This document shows positions 17,485 to 27,942 of a DNA stretch of 64,000 nt, in pieces; the first letter of the stretch is position 1; each line of letters begins with the position of its first letter. The DNA is from Spirochaetia bacterium (GTDB taxonomy: Bacteria > Spirochaetota > Spirochaetia > UBA9216). The stretch is taken from the NCBI GenBank assembly GCA_963677925.2, contig CAXXYH010000004.1, positions 2,496,001 through 2,560,000 of the forward strand, written 5' to 3'. A model generated the notes under the pieces. The model was not told where the DNA came from, did not search any database, and saw only the letters and a program-made list of their open reading frames with translations. Both the position numbers and the translations under genes were made by a program.

Positions 17485-19404
17485 ATGTTTTGGAAAAATC
17501 TAAAAGTCAGAACCAAGATGTATGCCGGCTTTGGACTGGTTCTGCTATTGCTTGGAACCACCGCAGTTTTTGCAATATCAGGAATAATTGAGATAGTCAG
17601 CAACGCAGGGATTGTCATTGAAGGGAATAAACTTGACGGCCTTCTGGCTCAGAAAGAAATTGATCATCTTAACTGGGCGTCTGAAGTAAACGCTCTTCTC
17701 ACTGATGAGAATATTACAGAATTGAATGTCGAACTTGATGATCATAACTGTGCCTTCGGTAAATGGCTTTACGGCTCCGAACGTGAACAGATCGAGGCTT
17801 TTATTCCTGATTTAGCAGCACTTCTGAATCAGATTGAATCTCCTCATAAGGCACTCCATGATTCGGCTGCCGAGATAAAAGAACTTTTCGTTCAGGCAGA
17901 TCAAAGCCTTCCGGCAGTCCTGAGGCAGCGAGAAATTGAGCATCTTAACTGGGCAGCGGCTATTAGAGATTCTCTTCTTGCCGGAGATAGAACGCTGAAT
18001 GTTCAGACTGATCCCGGGCAGTGCGGACTGGGAGTCTGGCTGGCCGGTCCGGAAGCAAAGCATATATATTCAAACGCATCACAGGAATTTAAGGCTGCAT
18101 GGGACAGAATGCTTCTGGTACATGAAAAACTGCATGAATCTGCAATCAACCTTGAACGGCAGATGCAAGTATCAGAAACTGCAGCCCTGAATTATTTTAG
18201 AAATATAACACTTCAGTATCTTCAGCAGACTATTGATGAGCTTCGATTTATGACTGAAGAATCTGAAGCCGCACTTGCAGGAATGCTGTCCGCAAACCGT
18301 GTATACAGTGAAAGTACCAAGCCGGCTTTACATGAGGTTCAGCGAATCCTTTTAGATGTACGGGCAACCGCCAGGGCTAATATCATGACTGATGAGCAGA
18401 TGCTGAAAGCAGCTTCTACCACCAGGTTTTCAGTTATTGTAATCAGTATTATCGCTTTGGTGGTGGGGCTGCTTCTGGCATTTTTCATTTCAAATGGAAT
18501 AACAGCTCCATTAAAGGACGGTATAGTATTTGCCTCCAAGCTTTCGGAGGGGGATCTTTCCTATGCTATGCAGATAAAACAGAACGATGAATGCGGTCAG
18601 CTGGTAGGTTCCCTGATGGCTATGCGGGAAAGTCTGCGTGATATAGTTTCAAATGTAATAACGGCTTCAGAGAATGTTTCATCCGGCAGCAGCCAGCTTT
18701 CCGATACTTCGCTGGTGCTTTCTCAGGGGGCCAGTGAGCAGGCGGCTTCAGCGGAGGAAATCTCGGCTTCCATGGAGCAGATGATCTCAAATATCAGCCA
18801 GAACTCCGATAACGCTTCTCAGACTGCCAGGATATCTGATAAGGCTCTTCGAACAGTAGAAGAGGGTGGAAGCGCCGTAATGCAGACAGTGAAAGCAATG
18901 AACGATATTGCTGAAAAAATAAGCATAATAGAGCAAATTGCTAACCAGACAAACTTATTAAGTCTTAACGCTGCAATAGAAGCCGCAAGAGCGGGTGAGT
19001 ACGGGAAGGGCTTTGCCGTGGTTGCTGCAGAAGTAGGCAAGCTTGCGTCCAGAAGCAAGGAAGCTGCTACAGAGATTTCTGAATTAACCGGTTCAAGCGT
19101 TAAACAGGCAAATGAAACCGGTCAGATTATGCAGGATATTGTTGAACAGATTCAGAAGACTGCAAGTCTTGTTCAGGAAATTGATGCGGCAAGCCGTGAA
19201 CAGCAGACCGGCGCCGAGCAGATAAACGCATCGGTTATGCAGCTTGATTCGGTTGTCCAGCAGAATGCCTCGGCTTCTGAAGAGGCTGCTTCGATGTCTG
19301 AAGAGCTGTCCGCTCAGGCTGTGAAGCTTAAGGAGCTGATAGGATTTTTTAAGCTTGATTCAGGCCGGCTTAAAGCTCCTGAAGATGATTTTGATCAGCT
19401 GTAA
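17485..19404 (+). CDS. methyl-accepting chemotaxis protein with two CZB domains
   Basis: TM-CZB-CZB-TM-HAMP-MCP layout; HLNW..CAFGKW..H..LH repeated twice; [30 protein letters not shown]. Confidence 0.93.
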   Translation: MFWKNLKVRTKMYAGFGLVLLLLGTTAVFAISGIIEIVSNAGIVIEGNKLDGLLAQKEIDHLNWASEVNALLTDENITELNVELDDHNCAFGKWLYGSEREQIEAFIPDLAALLNQIESPHKALHDSAAEIKELFVQADQSLPAVLRQREIEHLNWAAAIRDSLLAGDRTLNVQTDPGQCGLGVWLAGPEAKHIYSNASQEFKAAWDRMLLVHEKLHESAINLERQMQVSETAALNYFRNITLQYLQQTIDELRFMTEESEAALAGMLSANRVYSESTKPALHEVQRILLDVRATARANIMTDEQMLKAASTTRFSVIVISIIALVVGLLLAFFISNGITAPLKDGIVFASKLSEGDLSYAMQIKQNDECGQLVGSLMAMRESLRDIVSNVITASENVSSGSSQLSDTSLVLSQGASEQAASAEEISASMEQMISNISQNSDNASQTARISDKALRTVEEGGSAVMQTVKAMNDIAEKISIIEQIANQTNLLSLNAAIEAARAGEYGKGFAVVAAEVGKLASRSKEAATEISELTGSSVKQANETGQIMQDIVEQIQKTASLVQEIDAASREQQTGAEQINASVMQLDSVVQQNASASEEAASMSEELSAQAVKLKELIGFFKLDSGRLKAPEDDFDQL

Positions 19405-19460
19405 CCCCTGATCAGGTTGAAACACCAGCGATGCCTGATTTGAAAAAAAATTATATATTA

Positions 19461-19489
19461 TTGTCAATCTTTAGTTCTAATCATATACT
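19461..19489 (+). promoter_or_regulatory. sigma70 promoter
   Basis: TTGTCA-N17-TATACT; places the CDS start at ATG 19517 rather than GTG 19490. Confidence 0.6.
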
Positions 19490-19516
19490 GTGTCCATAGG
19501 TGGTTTTTCGAAACTT

Positions 19517-21337
19517 ATGGCACTGAATAAGGCAGAAAGGGTATTATTTCTTCTCAAAGGCATAAATCCGGAGGGCAGCGGGCTCTATCAGACTGTAGCC
19601 GCTCTGGGTTACAGTGTTAAAGTCTGCTCGGTTTTCGATGAATCAGAACAGACTGCTGATGCTTTTTCTCCTGATATAATTCTTTATGATAGCGGTTCTG
19701 TCAGCTTAACTGAGGAGCTTATTGAAGTCCTTATCAAACTGTCCAGGAATTCCAGAACTCCGATTGTGCTCCCTGCTTCATATGCTTCTGATGAAAACCT
19801 TTTTAGACTGATAAAAGAAGCTCCATGCAGTTTCATCCCCGCTGAAGCATCTTCTGATTTACTTAATTCCGTAATACAGGCCGCTTTTTATTCATGCAGG
19901 CAGTGCTTCTCTTCAAATACTGTAAAACTTGCAGATGATTTGGGAAAAGCCAGAGCTATGCTGGATGATGTGTTAAATACAATTCCCGTACGTGTTTTCT
20001 GGAAGGATTTGGAAAGTGTTTATCTTGGATGCAACAGGCTTTTCGCCCTGGATTCAGGGAAAGCCAGTCCCGAAGAAATTATAGGACTTACTGATTATGA
20101 TATCCGTGACCGGGAAAGGGCGGGACTTAACCGTGCCGACGATAAGGAAATAATGGCTGCAGGAAAGCCTAAAATCAATTATGAAGAGCCTTTTATAACA
20201 TCTGATGGTGAAAAAAACTGGATTATGACGTCAAAAATCCCCTTAAAAAACCGTGCAGGAAAAATGTACGGAATTCTGGGGACTTATGAGAATATAACAG
20301 AAAGAAAAAAACTGCAGGAAGAATTGATTCTGCAGAGAAACCGTTTATCCGATATTCTTTACGGAAGTCATGTCGGTACCTGGGAATGGAATGTTCAAAC
20401 CGGAATAAATATTGTAAATAAACAATGGGCTGATATTATCGGCTACAGCCTTGATGAATTATATCTGAATGGAAGAGATTCCTGGAAGGATTTTCTGCAT
20501 CCTGATGATTTGATTGATACAGAAAAAGAACTTCAGAAGCATTTTGACGGAGCAACAGAATATTTCGAATCTTACTTTAGAATGCAGCACAAGGATGGAC
20601 ACTGGGTTTGGGTATTATCCAGAGGCCGGGTTTCTTCCAGAACTGCTGATGGATATCCGCTGGTTGTTTCCGGGACTCATCTTGATATGAGTGAGCAGAA
20701 AAAAGCTGAAGAGGAGATTCTGAATCAGCTTAATGAAAAGGAAATGATTTTAAAAGAAACAAATCATCGTATCAAAAATAATTTATCTTCAATAAGCAGT
20801 CTGCTGTCGCTTCAGGCAAATACCGACATTCCGGTCGAAGCCCAGGAAGCACTTCAGGATGCCGGTAATCGTGTTATGAGTATGGAAGTTCTGTATGAAA
20901 ACCTTCTGAATACAGAAGATCATCAGAATACTTCCATTGTTTCGTATTTAAAGGAGCTTGTTGCAGACATAGTCGCGGTTCAGAATATAAACACCGATTT
21001 GGAAATTTTATATGACATTCAAGATACTGCAATCACTCCAAAGAAGCTCTTTCCAATAGGTCTAATCGTAAATGAGTCAATTACAAACATTCTGAAATAT
21101 GCTTTTAAAGATCGCGATTACGGAAAAGTGAAATTGTGTTTATGGCGAAAAGAGGATATTGTTCATCTGGTAATAGAAGATGACGGAATCGGAATGCCGG
21201 ATAAGATTGTTCCCGGAGAAAGCGGAGGTTTCGGCCTGATGCTAATGGATATTCTGATCAGACAAATTGAAGGGGAATATAAAATTGACGGCTCAGATGG
21301 AACAAAAATATCAATTGAAATTAGAGATCCGCAATAA
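19517..21337 (+). CDS. PAS/PAC sensor histidine kinase (HisKA_2 type) with a degenerate N-terminal receiver-like region
   Basis: Two PAS/PAC domains; ETNHRIKNNL H-box; NESITNILKYAF; DDGIG; GFG. Confidence 0.88.
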   Translation: MALNKAERVLFLLKGINPEGSGLYQTVAALGYSVKVCSVFDESEQTADAFSPDIILYDSGSVSLTEELIEVLIKLSRNSRTPIVLPASYASDENLFRLIKEAPCSFIPAEASSDLLNSVIQAAFYSCRQCFSSNTVKLADDLGKARAMLDDVLNTIPVRVFWKDLESVYLGCNRLFALDSGKASPEEIIGLTDYDIRDRERAGLNRADDKEIMAAGKPKINYEEPFITSDGEKNWIMTSKIPLKNRAGKMYGILGTYENITERKKLQEELILQRNRLSDILYGSHVGTWEWNVQTGINIVNKQWADIIGYSLDELYLNGRDSWKDFLHPDDLIDTEKELQKHFDGATEYFESYFRMQHKDGHWVWVLSRGRVSSRTADGYPLVVSGTHLDMSEQKKAEEEILNQLNEKEMILKETNHRIKNNLSSISSLLSLQANTDIPVEAQEALQDAGNRVMSMEVLYENLLNTEDHQNTSIVSYLKELVADIVAVQNINTDLEILYDIQDTAITPKKLFPIGLIVNESITNILKYAFKDRDYGKVKLCLWRKEDIVHLVIEDDGIGMPDKIVPGESGGFGLMLMDILIRQIEGEYKIDGSDGTKISIEIRDPQ

Positions 21338-21484
21338 TTAAAACCGAATTATTTCATACAAATTAGTAGCAATCGGGTAAGTATTTACATTTATGTAAAA
21401 TTATAATTCAAGACCCATTTTTTCAAATTTAATTAAAATATTATTCTGTAACCAATTATATAAATAATATAGTAAGTTCTGCTT

Positions 21485-21500
21485 TGGTATGATATCTGCT
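21485..21500 (+). promoter_or_regulatory. putative sigma54 (-24/-12) promoter
   Basis: TGGTAT-GATAT-CTGCT, i.e. GG-N10-GC, placing +1 near 21511 at the AGGAGG SD. Confidence 0.55.
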
Positions 21501-21521
21501 TTAAATAAACAGGAGGTTATT

Positions 21522-21839
21522 ATGCCGTTTATTGATGCACAGAACTTTATTAAAGAAATTGCTCCGAATAATGAGATGCGGAGATCCCTTTACGAATTCG
21601 AAAATGCCAGGGCGATTAAAGAGCATATCGAAACACTTGGTTTTAATTTTAAACTTTATGAATTTGAGCAGTCCATCCTTTATCTTAAAACTGAAGCGCC
21701 TAATGAGGAGCAGGCAATCATGCTTGATGAACTTCTATTGTGGTGGAATATGCTTATGTATGACGGCAGTATCACTGAGGAAGTAGATTCCTCTGAGTGT
21801 TCACCGGTTAAATGCGGAACCTGCAGTTCCTGCGGATAG
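21522..21839 (+). CDS. Nif11-like leader-peptide-family protein with Cys-rich tail
   Basis: N-terminus AQNFIKEI..NNEMR..LGFNF..EF resembles Nif11 leaders; C-terminal CSPVKCGTCSSCG; perfect AGGAGG SD. Confidence 0.6.
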   Translation: MPFIDAQNFIKEIAPNNEMRRSLYEFENARAIKEHIETLGFNFKLYEFEQSILYLKTEAPNEEQAIMLDELLLWWNMLMYDGSITEEVDSSECSPVKCGTCSSCG

Positions 21840-21861
21840 AAGTTCATCCTGAAGATTGTAT

Positions 21862-23100
21862 CTAATACCATAATGTTGAACTTGAATGCTCGTTACGGAA
21901 CTGCTTTGGCGACTGATCGGTAAACTTTTTGAATACTTTTGTAAAATGGCTTTGATCGTAAAAATTAAGTGCTGTTGAAATATCCAGAATTGAAAACTGG
22001 GTAAAAAGAAGCATTCTTTTTGCTTCACTAATCTTCTCCTTCATTATATATTCTGTAACTGAAATTCCAACCTCAGTCTTAAAGGCATTGGAAAGATAGC
22101 TTCCATTAACATCAAGCTGTTCTGAAATTTGGGCAAGAGTCAGTGTTTTATCCATATTTTTTGAAATATAATTCAATGCTCTTGTTACAAGCTTGGAGTA
22201 ATGCATTTTTTTCAGGCTGTTAACCCTGTCTGCAAGGTCGATAAATACTTTATTTGCAAGATCTTCAACATCCTTAATTCTGTTAAGTTCTTCAAGTTTC
22301 TGAATAAAAACATCGGAAATGGCATAGGTTGTTTCAGTTGCCAGACCTCCTTCCATAGCTGCACGGCAGCTGATAGTAATAAAGCATATAACAAGGTTTT
22401 TCCAGCTTCGAAGGGGGTTGTTTTTTGCAAGTACTATATATTCACCGTCAAGGCTGTGAACACTGAGCAACTTTTTTAATTTATCTGTTTCACCATTCTT
22501 GATAAGGCTGTAAAAATGCCGTTCAAAGAAAGAGGAACGATGCAGATAGTTTAGATCCCTGTACTGAATGTTATATTCATTTTCAATTTTTAAATGAAAA
22601 TTCTGCAGCGCACTGTCTGCTGTATTAATTGAATCAAGATCTATTTTTTCTTTATGAAGAATATAGTGAATAAAAATGCCATGCTTAATCAGTTCATGAT
22701 AATTGATAACAGGCAGTAATTTATAATATTTTATTAACAGGGATTTTTCTTTAGCACTCATTCTCCGGTTGATAACTGAATCAATAGACTCATCAATTAC
22801 ATGAGCTATCGAAGGGCCGAGTATCATAAATCCGTTCTGACCATCAGGCAGAGAGACTGTAAGTGCAAGAAAGTTTTCCAGATATTCTGAAGAATAGGTT
22901 CTGGGAAACTCTTCTCTGCTTCTTGAAATGATATCACTGAAAATTGCTTCTCTGTTATCGTTAATCGGATTTTCAATTTCATTGTCAGCAATTTTAAATA
23001 AAGCAAGTCCGTTTTCATCGATTACAAGGATAGGAATCTTAATAACGGAATACAGTATGGCGGAAAAATCCTGAAGTTCGGTATTATTTTGAAGAAGCAT
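21862..23100 (-). CDS. AraC-family transcriptional regulator with N-terminal PocR-like sensor
   Basis: C-terminal YLSNAFKTEVG..FYDQSHFTKVFKKFT..PKQFR; central RSWKNL...RAAMEGG region. Confidence 0.9.
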   Translation of the reverse strand: MLLQNNTELQDFSAILYSVIKIPILVIDENGLALFKIADNEIENPINDNREAIFSDIISRSREEFPRTYSSEYLENFLALTVSLPDGQNGFMILGPSIAHVIDESIDSVINRRMSAKEKSLLIKYYKLLPVINYHELIKHGIFIHYILHKEKIDLDSINTADSALQNFHLKIENEYNIQYRDLNYLHRSSFFERHFYSLIKNGETDKLKKLLSVHSLDGEYIVLAKNNPLRSWKNLVICFITISCRAAMEGGLATETTYAISDVFIQKLEELNRIKDVEDLANKVFIDLADRVNSLKKMHYSKLVTRALNYISKNMDKTLTLAQISEQLDVNGSYLSNAFKTEVGISVTEYIMKEKISEAKRMLLFTQFSILDISTALNFYDQSHFTKVFKKFTDQSPKQFRNEHSSSTLWY

Positions 23101-23206
23101 TGTTTTAACTCCCTATATTCCTGTTTAATTTACCAAAAAACAAAAATACATACAAAAACTGTATATGATTATATATATAATATACCACAGTTATCAGGGG
23201 GTAAAT

Positions 23207-24715
23207 ATGCAACATGCAGATGTTGTTTTTAAAGTAGAAAATCTGAATAAATCATTTACTGCAACTAAAGCGGTAATAGACCTCAGTCTTGATCTATATA
23301 AGGGTGAGATAAGAGGACTGATTGGTGAAAACGGATCAGGAAAATCCACTCTTGCATCAATGATTGCAGGAACTCTAAAACCGGACAGCGGCAGGATGTT
23401 TATCAAAAACAGTGAACCATATTCCCCTGCCAGCATGCTTGATGGAAGAGCTGCCGGAATAAGTATTCTTGTTCAGGAAATGGGAACAATAGACGGGCTC
23501 TCTGTAGCAGAGAATATCTTTTTAGGAAAAGAAAAGAATTTTATCAGGAACGGTTTGATAAAAAAAACAGCAATGCTGTCGGAAGCTAAAAAAGTTTTAT
23601 CTTCAATTGATGCTGATGATATAGACCCGGCCTGTTTAATAGATGAGATATCATTTGAGGATCGAAAACTGCTTGAAGTTGCAGTTTCGCTGAATGATAA
23701 TCCCGATATTCTGATACTTGATGAAACAACGACGGCTCTTTCTCAGAAAGGCCGGGATAAAATATACAGTATTATTGAAAAAATGAGGCGGGATGGAAAG
23801 ACTATAATTCTGATTTCCCATGACCTTTTAGAGCTGAAAGAGCAGTGTGATCGCATAACCGTACTCAGGGATGGAAGTCTCGTAAAAACAATTGAAAAAG
23901 ATGAAATATCCGAAGATACGATGAAGCGGCTCATGATCGGCCGTGATCTTACAGATTCATATTACAGAGCCGACAGCGAATGCAATTACAGCGATGAAGT
24001 TGTCCTTTCGGCAGAAAATATAAGTATGGGTTCAGTTCTTCATAATATCTCATTTGATCTGCACAAGGGTGAAATCCTTGGTATAGGCGGACTCACAGAC
24101 TGCGGAATGCATGAGCTGTGCAAGATAGTTTTCGGAGTCATTAAACCTGACTCGGGAAGTGTAAAAGTAACTAAGACCGGCGATATCATAAAGAATGCAG
24201 AGACGGCAATTCAAAATAAAATCGCATATATTCCGAAAAACAGGGAGCAGGAAGCCCTGCTGTTAAGCGGAAGCATAAAGGACAATGTAGTTCTTATGTC
24301 CTATGATAAAATTCGCAGGGGTGCTTATATTTCCAGAAAAAGCGAAAAGGTCCTTGCTCAGAAACAGGCAGATCTCCTTCGAATCAAAATGGTTTCCATC
24401 GAACAGCTTACAATGGCCTTATCAGGCGGAAACAAGCAGAAAGTAGTAATCGGCAGATGGCTCGCAAATGACTCGGAAATCCTGATTATGGACTGTCCGA
24501 CCAGAGGTATTGATGTCGGTGTAAAGGCTTCAATTTATGAATTGATGGACGGCCTTAAAAAAGAAGGAAAATCCATAATTATGGTATCAGAAGAGCTGCC
24601 TGAACTTATCGGAATGTCGGATCGTATTCTCATTTTAAGAGAAGGCCGTATGTCAGCCGTATTTAATCGAAGCGCCGAATTAAGCGAAGAAAAAATAATT
24701 CATGAGATGATTTGA
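23207..24715 (+). CDS. sugar ABC transporter ATP-binding protein (CUT2, tandem ATPase)
   Basis: GENGSGKST, LSGGNKQKVV and PTRGIDVG motifs. Confidence 0.93.
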   Translation: MQHADVVFKVENLNKSFTATKAVIDLSLDLYKGEIRGLIGENGSGKSTLASMIAGTLKPDSGRMFIKNSEPYSPASMLDGRAAGISILVQEMGTIDGLSVAENIFLGKEKNFIRNGLIKKTAMLSEAKKVLSSIDADDIDPACLIDEISFEDRKLLEVAVSLNDNPDILILDETTTALSQKGRDKIYSIIEKMRRDGKTIILISHDLLELKEQCDRITVLRDGSLVKTIEKDEISEDTMKRLMIGRDLTDSYYRADSECNYSDEVVLSAENISMGSVLHNISFDLHKGEILGIGGLTDCGMHELCKIVFGVIKPDSGSVKVTKTGDIIKNAETAIQNKIAYIPKNREQEALLLSGSIKDNVVLMSYDKIRRGAYISRKSEKVLAQKQADLLRIKMVSIEQLTMALSGGNKQKVVIGRWLANDSEILIMDCPTRGIDVGVKASIYELMDGLKKEGKSIIMVSEELPELIGMSDRILILREGRMSAVFNRSAELSEEKIIHEMI

Positions 24716-24725
24716 GGTTTGCAGA

Positions 24726-25685
24726 ATGAAATTTAATACCACACAGTTGAAGATCAGAATAAAAAATTCCAATTTCAGAATTCAGAGCATCACCTCTTTT
24801 TTAGGACTTGCCTTTGTTGTAATTTTATTTGCAATTCTTACTCACGGGCTCAGTCTCAGACCTGCAAATATTCAGCGGATACTGCTGCAGTCGATCCTGT
24901 TGATAATCGGAGGAGCAGGGGTTTCATTTACTATTGCACACGGGCATCTTGATTTCGCCATAGGGGGAATTCTGGGAATGTCGGTGGTGCTCGGCGGACT
25001 TGCCGGAAGCATACATCCGCTTCTTACAATTCCTGTAATAATTCTTGCTGCAGTTCTTGGTGAATTACTTGTTGTTTCGACTTCAATATTTCTTGCAATT
25101 CCTTCTTTTATAGTATCACTTGCCATGATGTTTATAACCAAGGGTGTTCTTGTCGGTATTACGCAGACAGTTTCTGTAAGTCTTGATCCGGTGTTCAACA
25201 GCTGGGATTCACAGATATTTTACTTCGTAGTACTGATAGCTGTACTTATAGCGGCTGTTTTTCTGATGGAATTTACAAAAATCGGAAAGTTCAATAAAGC
25301 AATCGGGGCAAATTACACCGCTGCAGAGACTACGGGCATCCCGGTAAACAAGTACAAGGTTCTTGCTTTCATTGTCGCCGGAGCTGCCGTCGGATTGAGT
25401 GCATTTCTTAATTTTGTCAGGGCGGGCGGAGTTTCCGCAACAACAGGTTCCGGATATGAGATTAATGTTCTTATTTCACTTGTCCTCGGCGGCACCTCTC
25501 TGACCGGAGGAACAAGTGTGAAAATAAGGGGCGCTGTAATTGGCTGCCTTATTCTGATGGTGCTTGAGAACGGACTGGTCATACTGGGTGTTCAGCCTGC
25601 AATGATGGGTCTGATAAAGGGTTTGCTGTTTCTTGTAGCAATTGCCCTGGCTTACGATAGAAAATCGGGACAGGTTATTTCCTGA
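24726..25685 (+). CDS. sugar ABC transporter permease
   Basis: Hydrophobic; KAIGAN..AAETTGIP; LGGTSLTGG. Confidence 0.9.
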   Translation: MKFNTTQLKIRIKNSNFRIQSITSFLGLAFVVILFAILTHGLSLRPANIQRILLQSILLIIGGAGVSFTIAHGHLDFAIGGILGMSVVLGGLAGSIHPLLTIPVIILAAVLGELLVVSTSIFLAIPSFIVSLAMMFITKGVLVGITQTVSVSLDPVFNSWDSQIFYFVVLIAVLIAAVFLMEFTKIGKFNKAIGANYTAAETTGIPVNKYKVLAFIVAGAAVGLSAFLNFVRAGGVSATTGSGYEINVLISLVLGGTSLTGGTSVKIRGAVIGCLILMVLENGLVILGVQPAMMGLIKGLLFLVAIALAYDRKSGQVIS

Positions 25686-25734
25686 TTTCTATATATATAC
25701 CGTGCTTGTGCACAAAATTAAATGGAGGAAAAGG

Positions 25735-26910
25735 ATGAAGATTCAGAAAAAAATCAGCGTAATGCTTCTTGCCGCATTGATTGCTGTAAGTGTCCTTTCA
25801 GGATGTCAGAAAGACCAGTCTTCAGATAAGAGCGCTTCAGCTGAAACTGAAAATGCTGCTGTTGCCAGTGCTCCTGAAATGAAGAAAATTGGTGTAGTAA
25901 TTTGGGGAACCGAGGATGGTCTTGGTTCAGCTGTAAAGAGAATTCTTGAGTATGCCGGTGAGGCTCTCAACATCGAAGTTCGTTTTAAAACCGGTGACTT
26001 TGATACTGAAGCCCAGGTAAAGGCAATGGAGAATTTTGTTGCTGCTGATATGGATGGTATTATCTGTGTGCCTCTTATTGACAGCGGTATACCTAAAATC
26101 TACAAAGTATGTGAAGATGCAAAGATTCCCTATATCCAGGCATTCAGAAGAATTGATGATCCCGCAAATGCTGCTCAGCTTGATAAGGCTCCATACTTTC
26201 TCGGTTACACAGTAGAAGATGAGGAAAAGGCCGGATACGATCTTCTTAAAATACTTGCCGATGCAGGCGGTTCAACAGTTGGATGTATTTACAATGCACC
26301 TGGTTCAAGCTTTGCAGACAGACGAAAGGCCGGTATTGAAAAAGGTCTCTCAGAAAATATAGCAGATAAAATTGCCGAGTTTACTCTTCCGCTTTCACCA
26401 ACAAGTGAAGCCTGGGTTGAAGGAACAAACAACTTCATCAACACCTATCCGGAGCTCAACGGTATCATCATGACATCCGGATCAGTCGGAGGCTCAGAAG
26501 GCGCTATCGCTACAATTATCAGAAATAAGGCAGAAGGTAAAGTTAAAATGGTTACCTTTGATCAGCCCGCTAATGCCAATGAAGCATTTGAGAAAGGCAT
26601 CCTTGTAGGTCTTGCCTCAGGTATATATACAGATGCTCTGTGGTCATTCATTGTTATGGCAAATGAGCTTCAGGGTAATCCGCTGTCTGATAAACCAATC
26701 AAAATTGATTCAAACTACATCTACATTACAAGCATTGAAGATGCACAGAACTACAGCAAGTATGTTGATGGAGAGGGTATTTATCCTTATACAAAGGAAG
26801 AAATCCAGCAGATGACAAAATTCTATAATCCTGATTTTACTGCAGAAGACCTGCAGAGAGTTGCATCAGAATGGACTATGGAAAATGTAATCTCAAAAGC
26901 TCAGAAATAA
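25735..26910 (+). CDS. sugar ABC transporter substrate-binding lipoprotein
   Basis: Lipobox LSGC; RbsB-like features; GGAGG SD before ATG 25735. Confidence 0.88.
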   Translation: MKIQKKISVMLLAALIAVSVLSGCQKDQSSDKSASAETENAAVASAPEMKKIGVVIWGTEDGLGSAVKRILEYAGEALNIEVRFKTGDFDTEAQVKAMENFVAADMDGIICVPLIDSGIPKIYKVCEDAKIPYIQAFRRIDDPANAAQLDKAPYFLGYTVEDEEKAGYDLLKILADAGGSTVGCIYNAPGSSFADRRKAGIEKGLSENIADKIAEFTLPLSPTSEAWVEGTNNFINTYPELNGIIMTSGSVGGSEGAIATIIRNKAEGKVKMVTFDQPANANEAFEKGILVGLASGIYTDALWSFIVMANELQGNPLSDKPIKIDSNYIYITSIEDAQNYSKYVDGEGIYPYTKEEIQQMTKFYNPDFTAEDLQRVASEWTMENVISKAQK

Positions 26911-26921
26911 ATTAAACCAGT

Positions 26922-26949
26922 CCGGGAGGGCTTTGCCTTCCCGGTTTTT
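26922..26949 (+). terminator. intra-operon stem-loop / leaky terminator after the SBP gene
   Basis: CCGGGAGGGC-TTT-GCCTTCCCGG followed by T5. Confidence 0.65.
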
Positions 26950-26961
26950 CAGGACGGTAAC

Positions 26962-27939
26962 ATGGACAGGTTCTTTCACTTTGGAAAACGAGTATTATTA
27001 AGCATAGCAATCCCTGCAATTTTATTTATCATCGGTCTTATAGTATTTCCGGATCGGGTAGACTTTGATCTGCTCAGGGTTTTATTGATTCAGGCAATTC
27101 CGCCGGCCATTCTTGCATGGGGTGTATGTTTTGAGATTAAGGTTAAAATATGGGATTTTTCCGTCGGTTCAGTGGTGCTCATATCAGGTATTCTGGCTGG
27201 ACAGCTTGCCAATATCCTGAACCTCGGAGTTGCAGGTATAGTGATTTTAAGCCCGTTAATTGGTATGACAGCAGGGCTTCTCACCGGAACAATTTTCAGA
27301 TTGGTAAAAATTCCCTCTATTATAGTATCTGTAGGAATGATGCTCGTTTTTGAAAGTATCAGCGGTTTAATGTTCAAGGGCCAGGGGGTTCTTGTTTCAA
27401 CTGATGTCTATGCGCTTGCAAGTTTTCCAATAAATGTAATCATCGGTATTATCGCTTTTTCCATTGCGTACGTTCTATATAATTTCCGCAGTTTCGGTTA
27501 TCACGTTAAAGCCGTCGGAAATGGAATTTCAATAGCCAGACAGAGCGGCATCAATGTCGACCGGGTCAGGGTGATGTGTTTTGCAACTACAGGCCTTTTT
27601 GCCGGAATGTTCGCATTCATGCAGCTTGGCGGTGCCGGAGTAATTAAAGCCCAGAGCAATATGACTACAATGGGGCTGGTCGTAGATGCAATCATCTGTG
27701 CCTGTATTGCCCTGTCTCTTGAAAAAGTTTCAAATCTTATAATCGGTGTATACATCGGAAGCGTTGTTACCCAGATCATCAAGATAACAGTTCTTATAAG
27801 TGGTTTTCCAAGTATGTTCCAGCAGGTTGTAATCGCCTTCTTTCTGCTTGTGTTTATGGGTATCAGCTCAAGAGCAGACTACCTTCAGAGGTTTTTCGGC
27901 AGGTTCAAATTCGGTTCTGCACAGCAGGCGGTAAAGTAG
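26962..27939 (+). CDS. sugar ABC transporter permease
   Basis: DFSVGS and KAVGNG..IARQSGIN motifs; multiple TM segments. Confidence 0.9.
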   Translation: MDRFFHFGKRVLLSIAIPAILFIIGLIVFPDRVDFDLLRVLLIQAIPPAILAWGVCFEIKVKIWDFSVGSVVLISGILAGQLANILNLGVAGIVILSPLIGMTAGLLTGTIFRLVKIPSIIVSVGMMLVFESISGLMFKGQGVLVSTDVYALASFPINVIIGIIAFSIAYVLYNFRSFGYHVKAVGNGISIARQSGINVDRVRVMCFATTGLFAGMFAFMQLGGAGVIKAQSNMTTMGLVVDAIICACIALSLEKVSNLIIGVYIGSVVTQIIKITVLISGFPSMFQQVVIAFFLLVFMGISSRADYLQRFFGRFKFGSAQQAVK

Positions 27940-27942
27940 AGT

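Noticed and set aside
21340-21480. Possible attL copy of the tRNA-Leu 3' end, or a NifA UAS
   Set aside because: No convincing direct repeat, and only a mismatched TGT-N10-ATA was found.
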